DNA of 64,000 nt from an uncultured Methylomirabilota bacterium (GCA_963845565.1 CAWJSJ010000002.1:2464001-2528000), one strand, 5' to 3'. Positions 39,390 through 49,283 are shown, counted from the first letter of the stretch. A program made the numbers and translations. Notes: generated by a model not told the origin, from the sequence alone.

Positions 39390-39785
39390 TCAGGTCTGTC
39401 CGTGGCCCTGGGGACCAGCCGGAGTACAGTGGTGCCGCCAACGGCCCCGACAGCCCGGCATCCTCCAGCGGGAGTCCGACAGGCGCTTCGTCAGGTACGC
39501 CCGCAAGACGCCCTCCACGGGGCCCGACACCCACGGGATCACGACCACTCCCGAGGCAGAAACGATCTCTGCCAACGGTCGGGAGATGGCGCCGCAAATG
39601 AGGACATTCACCTCCAGTTCCGTCAACCGCCGCGCGCGCTGAGTCAGGAAAGAGTCTCCCCCAATCTCGACGACGATACGGGGTCCGCGCTCCGCCCCTT
39701 GCTCCACGTCGACGAGGAGAAGCCGATTCGACGTGTCGAAGACGGGTGAGATGCGATCATTCCAAACCGCGATGGCCACCTGCAT
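39390..39785 (-). CDS. NifB/NifX family protein
   Basis: RISPVFD, VLICGAIS, WRMPGC. Confidence 0.88.
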   Translation of the reverse strand: MQVAIAVWNDRISPVFDTSNRLLLVDVEQGAERGPRIVVEIGGDSFLTQRARRLTELEVNVLICGAISRPLAEIVSASGVVVIPWVSGPVEGVLRAYLTKRLSDSRWRMPGCRGRWRHHCTPAGPQGHGQT

Positions 39786-39813
39786 CGAGTCCCCCATGTT
39801 CACTGGGGTGTAG

Positions 39814-39830
39814 AGCATCTACCGTGCCAA
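39814..39830 (-). promoter_or_regulatory. sigma54 -24/-12 promoter
   Basis: TTGGCACGGTAGATGCT (GG-N10-GC). Confidence 0.8.
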
Positions 39831-40074
39831 CGCATTCCTGCGTCGGCCTCCACCGCAATCGGCGATAAGGACTGACGTTTTTAGCCCGTGCGTCGCAGGT
39901 GCGGCCAAGAGCACGTGTCCAGCGGTGCAAGGCCGCAATCATCGAAGGGGATCCGTGAATGCATCCGTGCTACGCGTTCTGGGTGTCGCAGGGAGAGCAG
40001 GGCCGACCCATGAGCCTTCGTGAGCCCGCCGCACCGATCGACCGGTTTGTGGATGAACCAAGGGTCCCGTGCCC

Positions 40075-40275
40075 TCAACTGCAGGCGAATCCTGGAACGG
40101 CGCATCCGCAGGGCTCGCCCTTGGCGCACTCCAACCCGCAGGTGGGGACCAGGGCGCATGCCACCCCCGTCTTGGCGCACTCGGGACACATCGGCGTGCC
40201 CATGGCCTGCGCGTGTTCGCGCGTCAACTCAACGATCAACCCGCACTGCTGGCATTTGTACTTGTAAATCGTCAC
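40075..40275 (-). CDS. FmdB-like zinc-ribbon, Cys-rich small protein
   Basis: TIYKYKCQQCG...CPEC plus six further Cys; GTG start. Confidence 0.6.
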   Translation of the reverse strand: MTIYKYKCQQCGLIVELTREHAQAMGTPMCPECAKTGVACALVPTCGLECAKGEPCGCAVPGFACS

Positions 40276-40408
40276 TGTCCCGGTCTGGCTGTGTCGCAGC
40301 CCTGCAGGTGTTAGCCGCTCCAACACTGACGAAGGCGGCGATGGAGGCGAAGCACGGTGGGATGATCCGCTGGGCGGTCGATGCCTTCCCTTGAACTTCC
40401 GCCGCACC

Positions 40409-40975
40409 TCATCGCGGCGAGCCAATCACGTCCTCGATGGCCCTTGCCAGATCCTCGTAGGCGCACGATCCGACCTGAACTCCCCGGATCCGGCCGTCAG
40501 GGCCCAGGAGGACGAATGTCGGAACGCCTTCCAGCGCATACACACGCACGGTGTGGTCGTCCCCGAGGAGATAACACCACGAGTGGCCGTGGACCTGGGC
40601 GAAGGCCTTGACTCTCGTGGCACGCCGGTCGAAGGCGACAGTCAGGAAGGAGACCCGGTTTCCGTACACCTCGTGGAGTCGAGTGAGAACGGGGGCCATG
40701 GTCCGGCAGTGCGGACAGTCCGTGGACATAAACTCCAGGAGTACAGGTTTCGAGCCGAGGAACTCGTTCAGGGTCCGGGTTCGTCCGTCCAGGTCCGGAA
40801 GCGAGAGCGGCGGGGCCACAGGTTGGCGCTGGTCGGCCGCCAGTCCAGGGGCAGCGCCGCCCGCCCCAACGAAGGCGAGAACCACGAGTGCCGTTGTGTA
40901 CCCGCCGAGGAGGCGAACCACGGTTCGCGTGATCCGCACACACAGGCATGCCGGAGAAGGCCCGAGGTCACGCAT
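40409..40975 (-). CDS. TlpA-like thiol-disulfide oxidoreductase
   Basis: LPDLDG, LLEFMSTDCPHC, GVPT. Confidence 0.88.
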   Translation of the reverse strand: MRDLGPSPACLCVRITRTVVRLLGGYTTALVVLAFVGAGGAAPGLAADQRQPVAPPLSLPDLDGRTRTLNEFLGSKPVLLEFMSTDCPHCRTMAPVLTRLHEVYGNRVSFLTVAFDRRATRVKAFAQVHGHSWCYLLGDDHTVRVYALEGVPTFVLLGPDGRIRGVQVGSCAYEDLARAIEDVIGSPR

Positions 40976-41483
40976 TGTCTGCCTCGGGACGGCTCGATTC
41001 GATCCGCGCATACCTCCAGACCCAGAGGGCCGCAAGGAATGTGGCCGCGAGAAGCCCGAATGCCGCCAGGCAATACGGACACAGGGCTTGGATCACGAAG
41101 ACCTCCACGCCCGTCATTCCCAACTCGAAACACAGCCCGAGCCCGGCAACAAGGACGAGGAGGGTGGGCATCCTGCAGGGCCCCCACCTGGGCACGAAGA
41201 AGCACGCAGCGGCGAGGCCGAAGAGCGCTGCAAATCCGAAGAGGCCAATCAGCGCCACGGGAATGCCGGCGATCTCGGCATACGGGCTCGCCAAGACCTT
41301 GTCGCAGGAGATCGTATCGGTGAAGGTGCAGAGGCCTTTTTTGGGATTACCGGCGATGGCGGCATGGAGCGAAAGCAAGTAGGCGGCAACTCCGATTCCG
41401 GAACCGCTGAAAATGAGGGCGACGCCGAGCGCCCTTCGGTCCACCCCGTGTGGACGCCGAGAAACAAAGAAAGCTTTGGGCAC
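40968..41483 (-). CDS. Vitamin K epoxide reductase (VKOR) family protein
   Basis: C..ISCDKVLASPYA..GIPVA, ALCPYC. Confidence 0.9.
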   Translation of the reverse strand: MPKAFFVSRRPHGVDRRALGVALIFSGSGIGVAAYLLSLHAAIAGNPKKGLCTFTDTISCDKVLASPYAEIAGIPVALIGLFGFAALFGLAAACFFVPRWGPCRMPTLLVLVAGLGLCFELGMTGVEVFVIQALCPYCLAAFGLLAATFLAALWVWRYARIESSRPEADNA

Positions 41484-41539
41484 AGGTCCTCCTCCGTGAT
41501 TCCGTGGGCGAGGCGTCAGTTCGTCATGGCGCCAACGAG

Positions 41540-41670
41540 TCACTCGGCTTTGGCCTCGAATGACTGTAGCGCGAGATAGCTCGGCCCGAAGCGCTTGATG
41601 GTGTCCACCTGCTTGTCGAACGCATCGAAATGGCCTTCCTCGGCGGTCACGAACGCCTCACACATTATCT
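41540..41670 (-). pseudogene. Bacterioferritin-like C-terminal fragment
   Basis: EEGHFDAFDKQVDTIKRFGPSYLALQSF; the upstream part of the gene is missing. Confidence 0.6.
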
Positions 41671-41836
41671 TTGGAGCAAGAGCAGTGGAACGGCACCCGA
41701 AGCTCGCGTGGATTCCTCGCCCTGCAGACCACGCAGGCGACATTGATACCCCGATGTACTCGGTCCAGGTATGCCTGCGACTCGGCCGGTGTTTCGGCAA
41801 TGCGCATGTTTATCCTGCAGCTGATCGCAGGGTGAG

Positions 41837-42193
41837 CTACCGCGAGTCTTGGCTCTCCAGTTCTCGGATTCGCTGCTGCAGCGCTTCCAGTTGCCGCTCC
41901 AGCGACCGGGCTTGGTCCTGCAACTCCGCCAACGCGGTCTCTCGGTCGCCGGCTCCGATGGCGCGCTGGTCTGGCAACCCCTCGAGCGATGGCGGCGGCT
42001 CAGAGGGCGGCAACGCCGGACCAGTGGAACTCCGCCGGCTCAAGGCTCGCCCACCCCACGTCAGCAGGCCCAGGGCGAGGCTTCCCAAGATCTGCGTGGC
42101 GATTCCCGGCTGGCCGATACCTCTGCAGAAACCGCGGCCGCGGCCAGTCATCGGCCCACGGCCGGTTGGACCCGTTCCATTCTCCCACGGCAT
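41837..42193 (-). CDS. DUF5320-like protein
   Basis: MPWENGTGPTGRGPMTGRGRGFC; coiled-coil C-terminus. Confidence 0.8.
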   Translation of the reverse strand: MPWENGTGPTGRGPMTGRGRGFCRGIGQPGIATQILGSLALGLLTWGGRALSRRSSTGPALPPSEPPPSLEGLPDQRAIGAGDRETALAELQDQARSLERQLEALQQRIRELESQDSR

Positions 42194-42255
42194 GGCTGCC
42201 CCTCCTCTTTAGACGAGACGATCAGACACCTCGGGCCGATCACTCACCTGGCTTT

Positions 42256-42272
42256 AGCATCACTCATGCCAA
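42256..42272 (-). promoter_or_regulatory. sigma54 -24/-12 promoter
   Basis: TTGGCATGAGTGATGCT. Confidence 0.78.
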
Positions 42273-42492
42273 GGCCGGCTAGACCGCCAACCCGCGGGAA
42301 AAACGCGCATTCCTGTTTCTCGCTCTCACACACACTGCAGAGCTGCAATCGTGGAGCATGCCGCCGGTTGCACGTTCGCGGTCAAACCGGATGTGCTACG
42401 GTAGGGGATCGGCAGTCTCGGGAGTGGAGGCCCAGGGATTATCGGCGGGGTTGGGGCGAAAGGCAGCCCGTCGCCCCCGGCCGGCGGGTCCG

Positions 42493-43776
42493 TTAGATTC
42501 CCGCTTCCGGCGTTTGGATTCCGCCCGCCGCGGAAAGCCGAGCAACGATGTCGCGCATGATGACCGCCGTCGGGGAATCCGTGTAGCTGGCGATGTGCGC
42601 GCGTCCCTCGTCGCAGGATTCGGCGATTTTCGGGTCCATGGGAATGGAACCCAGAAATGGGACACCCATGTCCTCAGCGATGCGCCGTCCGCCCCCGCTG
42701 CGAAACACAGGCGTCACTTCGCCGCAGCGGGGGCAGACGAAGCCGCTCATGTTCTCCACAACGCCCAGCACCGGGACGCCCACCTGGCGGCAGAACGAGA
42801 TGGACTTCCGCACGTCAACCGCCGCGACCTTCTGGGGGGTGGTGACGACCACCGCGCCGTCGACCGTGCCGAGCAACTGGCAGACGGACAGGGGCTCATC
42901 GCCCGTGCCGGGCGGCGAGTCGACGACCAGGACATCCAGATCCCCCCAGGCCACATCCTTGAGGAACTGTTGAATGGCCTTCATCTTCAAGGGTCCCCGC
43001 CAAATCACGGCATCGTCTGGGTTCTTCAGGAAGAAGCCGAGGGACAGTACCTTCAGCCCGCCCGTCTCCACCGGGAGCAGCTTGCCCTCCGCCTCATGCA
43101 GGGTGGCCGCTTCCAGACCCAGCATGGTCGGCACGCTAGGACCGTGAAGGTCCACGTCCAGGAGTCCCACTTTCCGGCCGGCCAGGACAAAGGCCACGGC
43201 CAGGTTGACCGCCACCGTGCTCTTGCCGACGCCCCCCTTGCCCGAGAGCACGAGGATTTTCAGGCCGATCCGGCAGAGGGTGGCCTGCAGTTGCTGGCGC
43301 TCCGCGAATGCCTCCTCGCTCTCCCCGTCCAGGCGCTGGCGTGCCGCGCACGAGGCGTCGGAGCAGCTCCCGCACTCCGGCCTGCCGTCCGATCCCGTCC
43401 GGCGGGCGGTATCCTCGCAGGCGGCCTTGAGGGTGTTGGCCGCCAGCAGGGCGCAGTGTTCGACTTCCGCGGGCAGCCCGCCAAGAGCCGCCAGGATGTC
43501 CCGCTGGCCGATGGCCCTCGCCTTCGACAATCGCGTGCCCTGCGCCAGGCAGGTGGCCATGCTGCCGCAAGCCAGGGAAGGCCCACAGCCATCAGTGACG
43601 AAAGATGCCTTGTGTATCATTCCATCGCGCACCAACACCCAGAACTCCATGGTATCGCCGCACGGTCCGGTAATCCGGGCATGGCCGTCGAAGGTCGCCA
43701 GCGGCCCGGTGTTTCGCGGGTGCTGGGCGTGATCGATCACCGTCGGAGACACGATCTGCGGCTCAGGGGACTCCAT
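42493..43776 (-). CDS. NifU/IscU-domain + Mrp/ApbC (NBP35) Fe-S carrier ATPase fusion
   Basis: GPCGDTM, DGCG, EHCA then SGKGGVGKST, DVDLHGPS, DSPPGTGD, ENMSGFVCPRC. Confidence 0.92.
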   Translation of the reverse strand: MESPEPQIVSPTVIDHAQHPRNTGPLATFDGHARITGPCGDTMEFWVLVRDGMIHKASFVTDGCGPSLACGSMATCLAQGTRLSKARAIGQRDILAALGGLPAEVEHCALLAANTLKAACEDTARRTGSDGRPECGSCSDASCAARQRLDGESEEAFAERQQLQATLCRIGLKILVLSGKGGVGKSTVAVNLAVAFVLAGRKVGLLDVDLHGPSVPTMLGLEAATLHEAEGKLLPVETGGLKVLSLGFFLKNPDDAVIWRGPLKMKAIQQFLKDVAWGDLDVLVVDSPPGTGDEPLSVCQLLGTVDGAVVVTTPQKVAAVDVRKSISFCRQVGVPVLGVVENMSGFVCPRCGEVTPVFRSGGGRRIAEDMGVPFLGSIPMDPKIAESCDEGRAHIASYTDSPTAVIMRDIVARLSAAGGIQTPEAGI

Positions 43777-44761
43777 GGGTATCCTCCAGACGGGGAGTTT
43801 CGCGCTCCTGATGACGTGTCCGCACGGATTCGAAGAACACGGCCCCGTCCTTGCGGATCGGCGCCACCGCTCCCTGGTCGGTGAGGCGATCAAGTCGTTT
43901 GGTGACCTCGCCAATGTGAAAACCCAGCCCCTCGGCGATCCCTCGGGCCGTGCAGGGTCGCCGCCGGAGCAGGGCGAGGATATCCCCATCCGTTACCGAG
44001 CCGGGCCACGTGGGTGTCCAACGGCCGGTCGGGCCTTCGATGATCGTCTCCGCCTGACCGGGAAACAACCTTGCAAACGCAGCCATCCGGTCAGGAGGAA
44101 CGGGGAGCGCGGACTCTTCACAGGGGGGGCGGCTGACGGTGTTGAGCTGGATTCTGGCCGGGCGGATACGTCGGGTGAGGGTCGCGATCTTCTCTACCTC
44201 GGCCTGGATCCCGGTGACGCCGGCCACGAGCATGACCTCAAGCCAAACCGGCTTGGCGAAGCGCTCTCGGAATGTGATGAGGCCTTCCACCATGGCGTCG
44301 AAACCGATGCTCTCGTGGGGACGGTTGACCAGCTCGAACAGCTCCGCATCTCCGACATCCAGGGACGGAAGGACCAAGTCTGCCTCCATGAGCGCATCCT
44401 GGATGTCGCGCGCTCCGAGGAGTGACCCGTTGGTGAGGACCGCGACGGGAACCGGAGTCAGCCGTTTGATGCCCGCGATCAGCTCGCCGATCCGGGCGTG
44501 CAGCGTCGGTTCCCCCGATCCAGCCAGGCTCACGTAATCCGGCGTGGCGCCCGTTCGAAGCTTCTCCTCGAGCTGGGCCAGGATGTCTTCGACCGGCACG
44601 TAGTCCCGGCAGGCGGTCGTCAGGTCCGTGGTGCGACCCAGTTGACAGTAGATGCAGTCATAGGTGCAGGTCTTGAAGGGCACCAGATCCACCCCCAGCG
44701 AGCGGCCTAGTCGCCGCGACGGCACGGGCCCGTACACATGCCGGCGGTCGCCCTTGGTCAT
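43763..44761 (-). CDS. Radical SAM protein with C-terminal winged HTH
   Basis: YGPVPSRRLGRSLG, CTYDCIYC, GSGEPTL. Confidence 0.92.
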   Translation of the reverse strand: MTKGDRRHVYGPVPSRRLGRSLGVDLVPFKTCTYDCIYCQLGRTTDLTTACRDYVPVEDILAQLEEKLRTGATPDYVSLAGSGEPTLHARIGELIAGIKRLTPVPVAVLTNGSLLGARDIQDALMEADLVLPSLDVGDAELFELVNRPHESIGFDAMVEGLITFRERFAKPVWLEVMLVAGVTGIQAEVEKIATLTRRIRPARIQLNTVSRPPCEESALPVPPDRMAAFARLFPGQAETIIEGPTGRWTPTWPGSVTDGDILALLRRRPCTARGIAEGLGFHIGEVTKRLDRLTDQGAVAPIRKDGAVFFESVRTRHQERETPRLEDTHGVP

Positions 44762-45024
44762 CGATCGCCCTCGCAGGGCGGTCGATCGCACCGCTCCGGA
44801 CGACCACAGCACGTGGCGCCATTCTCCCGGAAGCCGCAGCCGCCCCCGTGCCCCTCCCTTTCATGCGCGGCGCCGCCCCGCACGAGGATTCCTGCTCCGC
44901 CGCTGAGGAGCCTGCGCACCTCGCCGCCGCACTCCGGGCAGGCCGTGAGTGGGGGCTCCGTGATGGCCTGCCGTCGCTCGAACTGGCGGCCGCAGTGTTG
45001 GCACTTATACTCGTACGCTAGCAT
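44758..45024 (-). CDS. FmdB family zinc-ribbon protein
   Basis: YEYKCQHCG..FE...CPECGG; Cys-rich tail. Confidence 0.85.
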   Translation of the reverse strand: MLAYEYKCQHCGRQFERRQAITEPPLTACPECGGEVRRLLSGGAGILVRGGAAHEREGHGGGCGFRENGATCCGRPERCDRPPCEGDR

Positions 45025-45039
45025 AGCTATCTCCGCCCG

Positions 45040-45172
45040 GCTCCCGCACCGGATGCAGCGGACCGCATCCACCTCCGGGACGGGGATGGTGACCGCCTGC
45101 CGGCTCGTGATGACCGGCGTCAGGAAGATGTGCCCGTTGGGCGCTTCCACGTCACAGTGAGGTAGGTCACCG
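45040..45172 (-). pseudogene. Fragment of a duplicated P-loop ATPase (paralog of ~38220-38352)
   Basis: CDVEAPNGHIFLTPVITSRQAVTIPVPEVD; DNA nearly identical to the intact gene. Confidence 0.85.
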
Positions 45173-45190
45173 CTGAGAAGCCCACCGCGA

Positions 45191-45421
45191 TCAGGGCTTT
45201 CGGGTCATGGCGATGCCGCAGTCCGGACACGTCATCTGGAGACAGGGGATCCCGCGCTGGTGCGGCACCGGTTTCCCGCACTTCGGGCACACGCATTCCC
45301 CTTGCGGTCCACCCGCGAATCCGCCCTGGCCGCCCCGACCGCCCTGGCCACCACCTCGCCCCATACCCCGCCCCATGCCCTTACCACCTCCGCCCCGACC
45401 GCCCTGACCTCCGCCTGGCAT
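45191..45421 (-). CDS. Gly-rich small protein with CxCxxC..C..CxxC motif
   Basis: GGPQGECVCPKCG..PHQRGIPC..TCPDCG..MTR; RBS AAAGGGG. Confidence 0.8.
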   Translation of the reverse strand: MPGGGQGGRGGGGKGMGRGMGRGGGQGGRGGQGGFAGGPQGECVCPKCGKPVPHQRGIPCLQMTCPDCGIAMTRKP

Positions 45422-45466
45422 ATGGCACCCCTTTCTTAGTTCAGCCGTTGAACGAGACGCTTCCGT

Positions 45467-45505
45467 TCTCGCCCGGGGGAGGGGAATTCTCTCCCCCGGG
45501 CGAGA
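45467..45505. terminator. Long GC hairpin
   Basis: TCTCGCCCGGGGGAG / CTCCCCCGGGCGAGA. Confidence 0.5.
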
Positions 45506-45510
45506 GTCGG

Positions 45511-45705
45511 CTACTCGGGCTTCGCCGTTCCTTCGAGGTTCTGGATGCGCTGTCGCAGGGAGTGCAGTGTCTGCTCCAGATGCGCGGCGTGGGCCTTCAA
45601 GGCCGCGCTGAGGAATCCCGGTGTGCCAGCCCCGCCGCAATATCCGGCGCCGCGGCCCGTCAGGGGGCCGCCGCCCATCGGTCCCGTGCGATCTCCCCGT
45701 GGCAT
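45511..45705 (-). pseudogene. DUF5320 paralog, 162 nt shorter (in-frame internal deletion)
   Basis: N- and C-termini match 38583-38939; the middle is absent. Confidence 0.75.
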
Positions 45706-45754
45706 CGTCGTTCCTCCTTCCGTCGCCCGGTCTCCGCGACCATCGGAGACCGTT

Positions 45755-45952
45755 TCACCAATGGGGTTGAATATCGACCCCTGCGGCCTCGCGCAGCAGT
45801 CCGGCCTGGTACTTCCTGACGGCGTCCCGGACGGTGCCCTCCGCCAGTCCGGTGTAGACCTGCACCCCGGCGGTCTGGAGCGCCCGGTACGCGTTGGGGC
45901 CGCAGTGGCCCGTGACCACTGCTTGCACTCCCTGGGCTGCTATCAGCCGCAA
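45755..45952 (-). pseudogene. NifB/NifX paralog, C-terminal half only
   Basis: VTGHCGPNAYRAL...QPHW matches 38989-39351; 5' half absent. Confidence 0.8.
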
Positions 45953-46311
45953 CCCCTATGCCGTTGGCGTCGCGCGCCACATCCGGGCATTCGCCAGCGG
46001 GGCTCCGAAAGCGTTCCCACCAGGTACGCCCGCAGCACTTCCTCCACGGGACCTGCCACCCAAGGAACGATAGCGATTCCCGCGGCGGACACGCACCCCG
46101 CAAGAGGTCGCGAGATGGCCCCGCACACGAGGACATTCACGCCGAGCTCGGCGAGGCGCTTTGCCCGCTCGGCCGGGGACGATGCCTGTGCGACCTCCAC
46201 CACCTGGCGACCCCGCTCGACGCCATCCGCGAGGTCCAGGAGCAGCAGGCGACCTGCCGTGTCGAAGACCGGGGAGACGCGGTCGTTCCAGACGGAAGCT
46301 GCGAGTCTCAT
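45943..46311 (-). CDS. NifB/NifX family protein (paralog of 39390-39785)
   Basis: RVSPVFD, VLVCGAIS, WRMPGC. Confidence 0.85.
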   Translation of the reverse strand: MRLAASVWNDRVSPVFDTAGRLLLLDLADGVERGRQVVEVAQASSPAERAKRLAELGVNVLVCGAISRPLAGCVSAAGIAIVPWVAGPVEEVLRAYLVGTLSEPRWRMPGCGARRQRHRGCG

Positions 46312-46338
46312 AGCGGACCTCCCACGCCGGAATGAGGA

Positions 46339-46355
46339 AGCATGCGATGTGCCAA
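46339..46355 (-). promoter_or_regulatory. sigma54 -24/-12 promoter
   Basis: TTGGCACATCGCATGCT. Confidence 0.8.
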
Positions 46356-46790
46356 CTCGTGCTGGTTCCCGTTTTGCGCCGAACAGGTCGGAAAGATTGG
46401 TGTTCTTGCGCAGTAGCGTGGCAGGAGTGCGAGGGGGGCCGCCGAGGAGTGCAAGATTGCAATTAATAGAAGGCGGCCCGGGTTGCATCTTCGCCGCGGG
46501 TCACGCGAGGCCCGCCACGGGCGCATCGCGTCCACCGTCCGCTGACCCACAGAGAGAGCGGCCGGAGCGCACTGCGGCACTGCGTTCACGCTAAGGGCGC
46601 GCTTGGGGCAGGAGGTGACGGGCAACGGGCTCGGGAATTGCACTACGCTCCCCAGGCGCAAAGCATGCTGCCGGTTGCCACGCGCGTGAGGCTGATCGGC
46701 TATTGACAGCCCCATTCGCTCCGAGATAACTTGCCCGCGCTCTGGCAAGGCAAACGGCACCCAGGGAAACCATTAACCAAAGGATACCGT

Positions 46791-48071
46791 GTGAACAGGG
46801 CAGCGGAGCAATCGGTCAAGCACCTACCAGCCTTTCTCGGCGATGGCATTGCTTTCCTCGTCCGGCAGCAGCGGGACTGGAGAGTCACCGTCTTACGCAC
46901 CTCGCTCGATAAGCTCGCCTACCAGATGGTCTTTCCCTACCTGTCCATCTACATCGTGGCCCTGGGGGCGACGGGCACCCAACTCGGCATCGTCAACAGC
47001 ATCGGCATGATCGTCGCCGGTGTCTGCGGACCCTTTACCGGGGGGCTCATTGACCGGATCGGGCCGAAGAAGATTTACCTCATCGGCATCGGCTTCATGG
47101 CCATCTCCTACCTGACCTTTGGTCTCGCGCAAGACTGGGAGATTACGATCATCGCCATGGTTGGCTACTGGTTGGGCTATGCCACCAGCATTCACAGTTG
47201 CGCGACCATCTGCGGTAACTGCCTGGTCAACCGAGATAGGGCCACCGGGATGCTGATCTGTGAAACGGTTGCCGCCGGTCTGTTGGGCGTGGCCGGGCCG
47301 ATGTTGGCAACCTGGCTGGTCACCCTGTGCGGTGGGGTGACTACCGGCGGCATACGGCCCCTGTTCATCTCAGGCCTCATCCTCACGATCGTCACGTTCG
47401 TGGTTGTCCTGACGCAGTTGTCGGAGCGCAAGTGGGCGCATGTGGGGAACAGCAGACCTCACCTTTATCGGGACATTGCACAGGTGTTTCGCGGCGGCAA
47501 GAATCTGAAGAAGTGGGTGGTCATCTCCGCGATCACCCAGTTGCCGCTGGGGATGGTCTTTCCCTACACGCAGGTCTTCGCCCATTCGATCAAAGGGGCC
47601 AATGAATTCATCTTGGGGGCAATGGTGACCGGATCGGCGCTCGCATCGATCGTGTGTGCGATTCCGTTGGGTAGGCTGGCCGATAGGATCGGCAGGAAAC
47701 GAGTCTTGTACTTCACCATTCCCCTGTTCTGGATTTCCAACCTGATGCTCATCTTCGCACCATCGCCAGTATTCCTGCTCATTGCGGGCACCCTGCAAGG
47801 CTTCTTCTTCATCGGCGGACCGATCGCGTCTGCGATAGAAAGAGAACTGGTACCTCCGGAGCAGATGGGGCGATGGCTGGGCATCAATCGCTTCTTCAGG
47901 ATGGTGCTGAGCGCCATCCTGGCCCTGACCGCGGGCATCATCTGGGATCAGATCGGGCCGCAGTACATCTTCATCATCTTCGTGGGTATCGACCTGCTGA
48001 TCAGGATGCCCCTGCTGATCGCCATCCCGGAAACCTTGCACACGCACCTGGGATCGAAGGCAGGTGCGTGA
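46791..48071 (+). CDS. MFS transporter
   Basis: GGLIDRIGPKK, GRLADRIGRKR, about 12 hydrophobic segments. Confidence 0.9.
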   Translation: MNRAAEQSVKHLPAFLGDGIAFLVRQQRDWRVTVLRTSLDKLAYQMVFPYLSIYIVALGATGTQLGIVNSIGMIVAGVCGPFTGGLIDRIGPKKIYLIGIGFMAISYLTFGLAQDWEITIIAMVGYWLGYATSIHSCATICGNCLVNRDRATGMLICETVAAGLLGVAGPMLATWLVTLCGGVTTGGIRPLFISGLILTIVTFVVVLTQLSERKWAHVGNSRPHLYRDIAQVFRGGKNLKKWVVISAITQLPLGMVFPYTQVFAHSIKGANEFILGAMVTGSALASIVCAIPLGRLADRIGRKRVLYFTIPLFWISNLMLIFAPSPVFLLIAGTLQGFFFIGGPIASAIERELVPPEQMGRWLGINRFFRMVLSAILALTAGIIWDQIGPQYIFIIFVGIDLLIRMPLLIAIPETLHTHLGSKAGA

Positions 48072-48311
48072 GACCTGGTTTTTGCGCTGGCGCGCAAATA
48101 CCAAACGGGGAACGCAAAGAATTTCGTGCACGAGGCGGCCGACCCGGCTCATCACGGGGGCACGTGATGGGAGGCGCCTCAAGCGATTCGAGGCGTATTC
48201 CGTCCTGCGTACTCCGGCGACTCCGGCCACGGGGCCACCGGTTCCACGCCATCAGCTTTCGGTGTTTCTGGTACGTCTTCGATGACGGCAAGCGGCGATT
48301 CAGCTCTTGCC

Positions 48312-49283
48312 TCAACGCGACCGAGACCCCGTTCTCCCTGCCCGCACGTCCGCAATGAAATCGGCGATCATCGGGTCCAACGGGTACCGGAGTACAAATC
48401 CGAAATCGTCGAACGCTGCCGTGGTGTCCATCTTGTAGCTGAGCGAGCGATTGGCGACCCGCATGGCCTCGCTTCGGTCCCAGTCAAAGTCGATCTGTGC
48501 CTCGGGCAGATGGTGCCGGAGCACGGCAGCCACCTCTTTCAAGGTCGCCGAGAAGCCGTGGATGTTGTACATCCGGCCTCGCAGCCGGGAGGCGTTGGCT
48601 CGCTTGAGGTCCACGAGGCTTTGGACGACGTCCTTGACGTAGATGTGGGCGCACGGGCAATCTGGGTCGGAATGAACCGTGTAGGGCAATCCCTGGGCTG
48701 CGCGCTCGATGACCCCGGACCAGTCCCCAAAGTGATGCGTGATCCGGCGACCGGGGCCGACGACCATGGCATAGCGCGCTCCGCGGAAGTTCACCCCGTA
48801 CTGGCGGTGATACTGCAGTCCGAGCAGTTCGGCGCAGAGCTTGGTGGTGCCGTACATGTTCTCGGGCCGCTGTGGGGTGTCATCGGTGACAGCCCGCGGG
48901 ACGTTGGCCAAGCCGTATGTCGTCCCAGAGCCGACGAACAGGACATCCGGGACATCGAGGAGACGGGCGGCCTCCAGGACGTTCAACGTGCCGCCCACGT
49001 TTGTGCGGAAACCACTGGCGGCGCTTGCCTCGCAGTCAGCGCTGAGGACGGCCGCAGTGTGGTAAATGCAGTCCACCCGATGTCGTCGCACCGCGTCCAA
49101 GACATGCACCCACTCGCCGACGTCGCCGCGGGCGATCTCGACCCGCCCAGCGAGGTCGGTCGCGTGGCGCGGCAGGTCCGCTTGGCGCTGGAAGAGCACG
49201 ACCTCTTCGCCGTCGGCCAGGAGCCGGCGAGCCAGATGGATCCCGACAAGTCCCGTGCCGCCGGTGATCAAATTCCGGCTCAC
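48312..49283 (-). CDS. NAD-dependent epimerase/dehydratase (Thr dehydrogenase-like)
   Basis: ITGGTGLVG, HTAAVLS, YGTTK. Confidence 0.9.
   Translation of the reverse strand: MSRNLITGGTGLVGIHLARRLLADGEEVVLFQRQADLPRHATDLAGRVEIARGDVGEWVHVLDAVRRHRVDCIYHTAAVLSADCEASAASGFRTNVGGTLNVLEAARLLDVPDVLFVGSGTTYGLANVPRAVTDDTPQRPENMYGTTKLCAELLGLQYHRQYGVNFRGARYAMVVGPGRRITHHFGDWSGVIERAAQGLPYTVHSDPDCPCAHIYVKDVVQSLVDLKRANASRLRGRMYNIHGFSATLKEVAAVLRHHLPEAQIDFDWDRSEAMRVANRSLSYKMDTTAAFDDFGFVLRYPLDPMIADFIADVRAGRTGSRSR

Noticed and set aside
40030..40080. FmdB-like protein ending ACS-TGA as possible Sec
   Set aside because: The nearest hairpin has a CUU loop only about 12 nt away, with no G, and the read-through peptide is uninformative
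35533..46311. NifB/NifX/NifU genes as evidence of nitrogen fixation
   Set aside because: No nifHDK or nifEN in the window; these domains are common in non-diazotrophs
48072..48240. Degenerate GAGGCGTA..CGTAC segment resembling family A (also about 13002-13062)
   Set aside because: Too diverged to define boundaries
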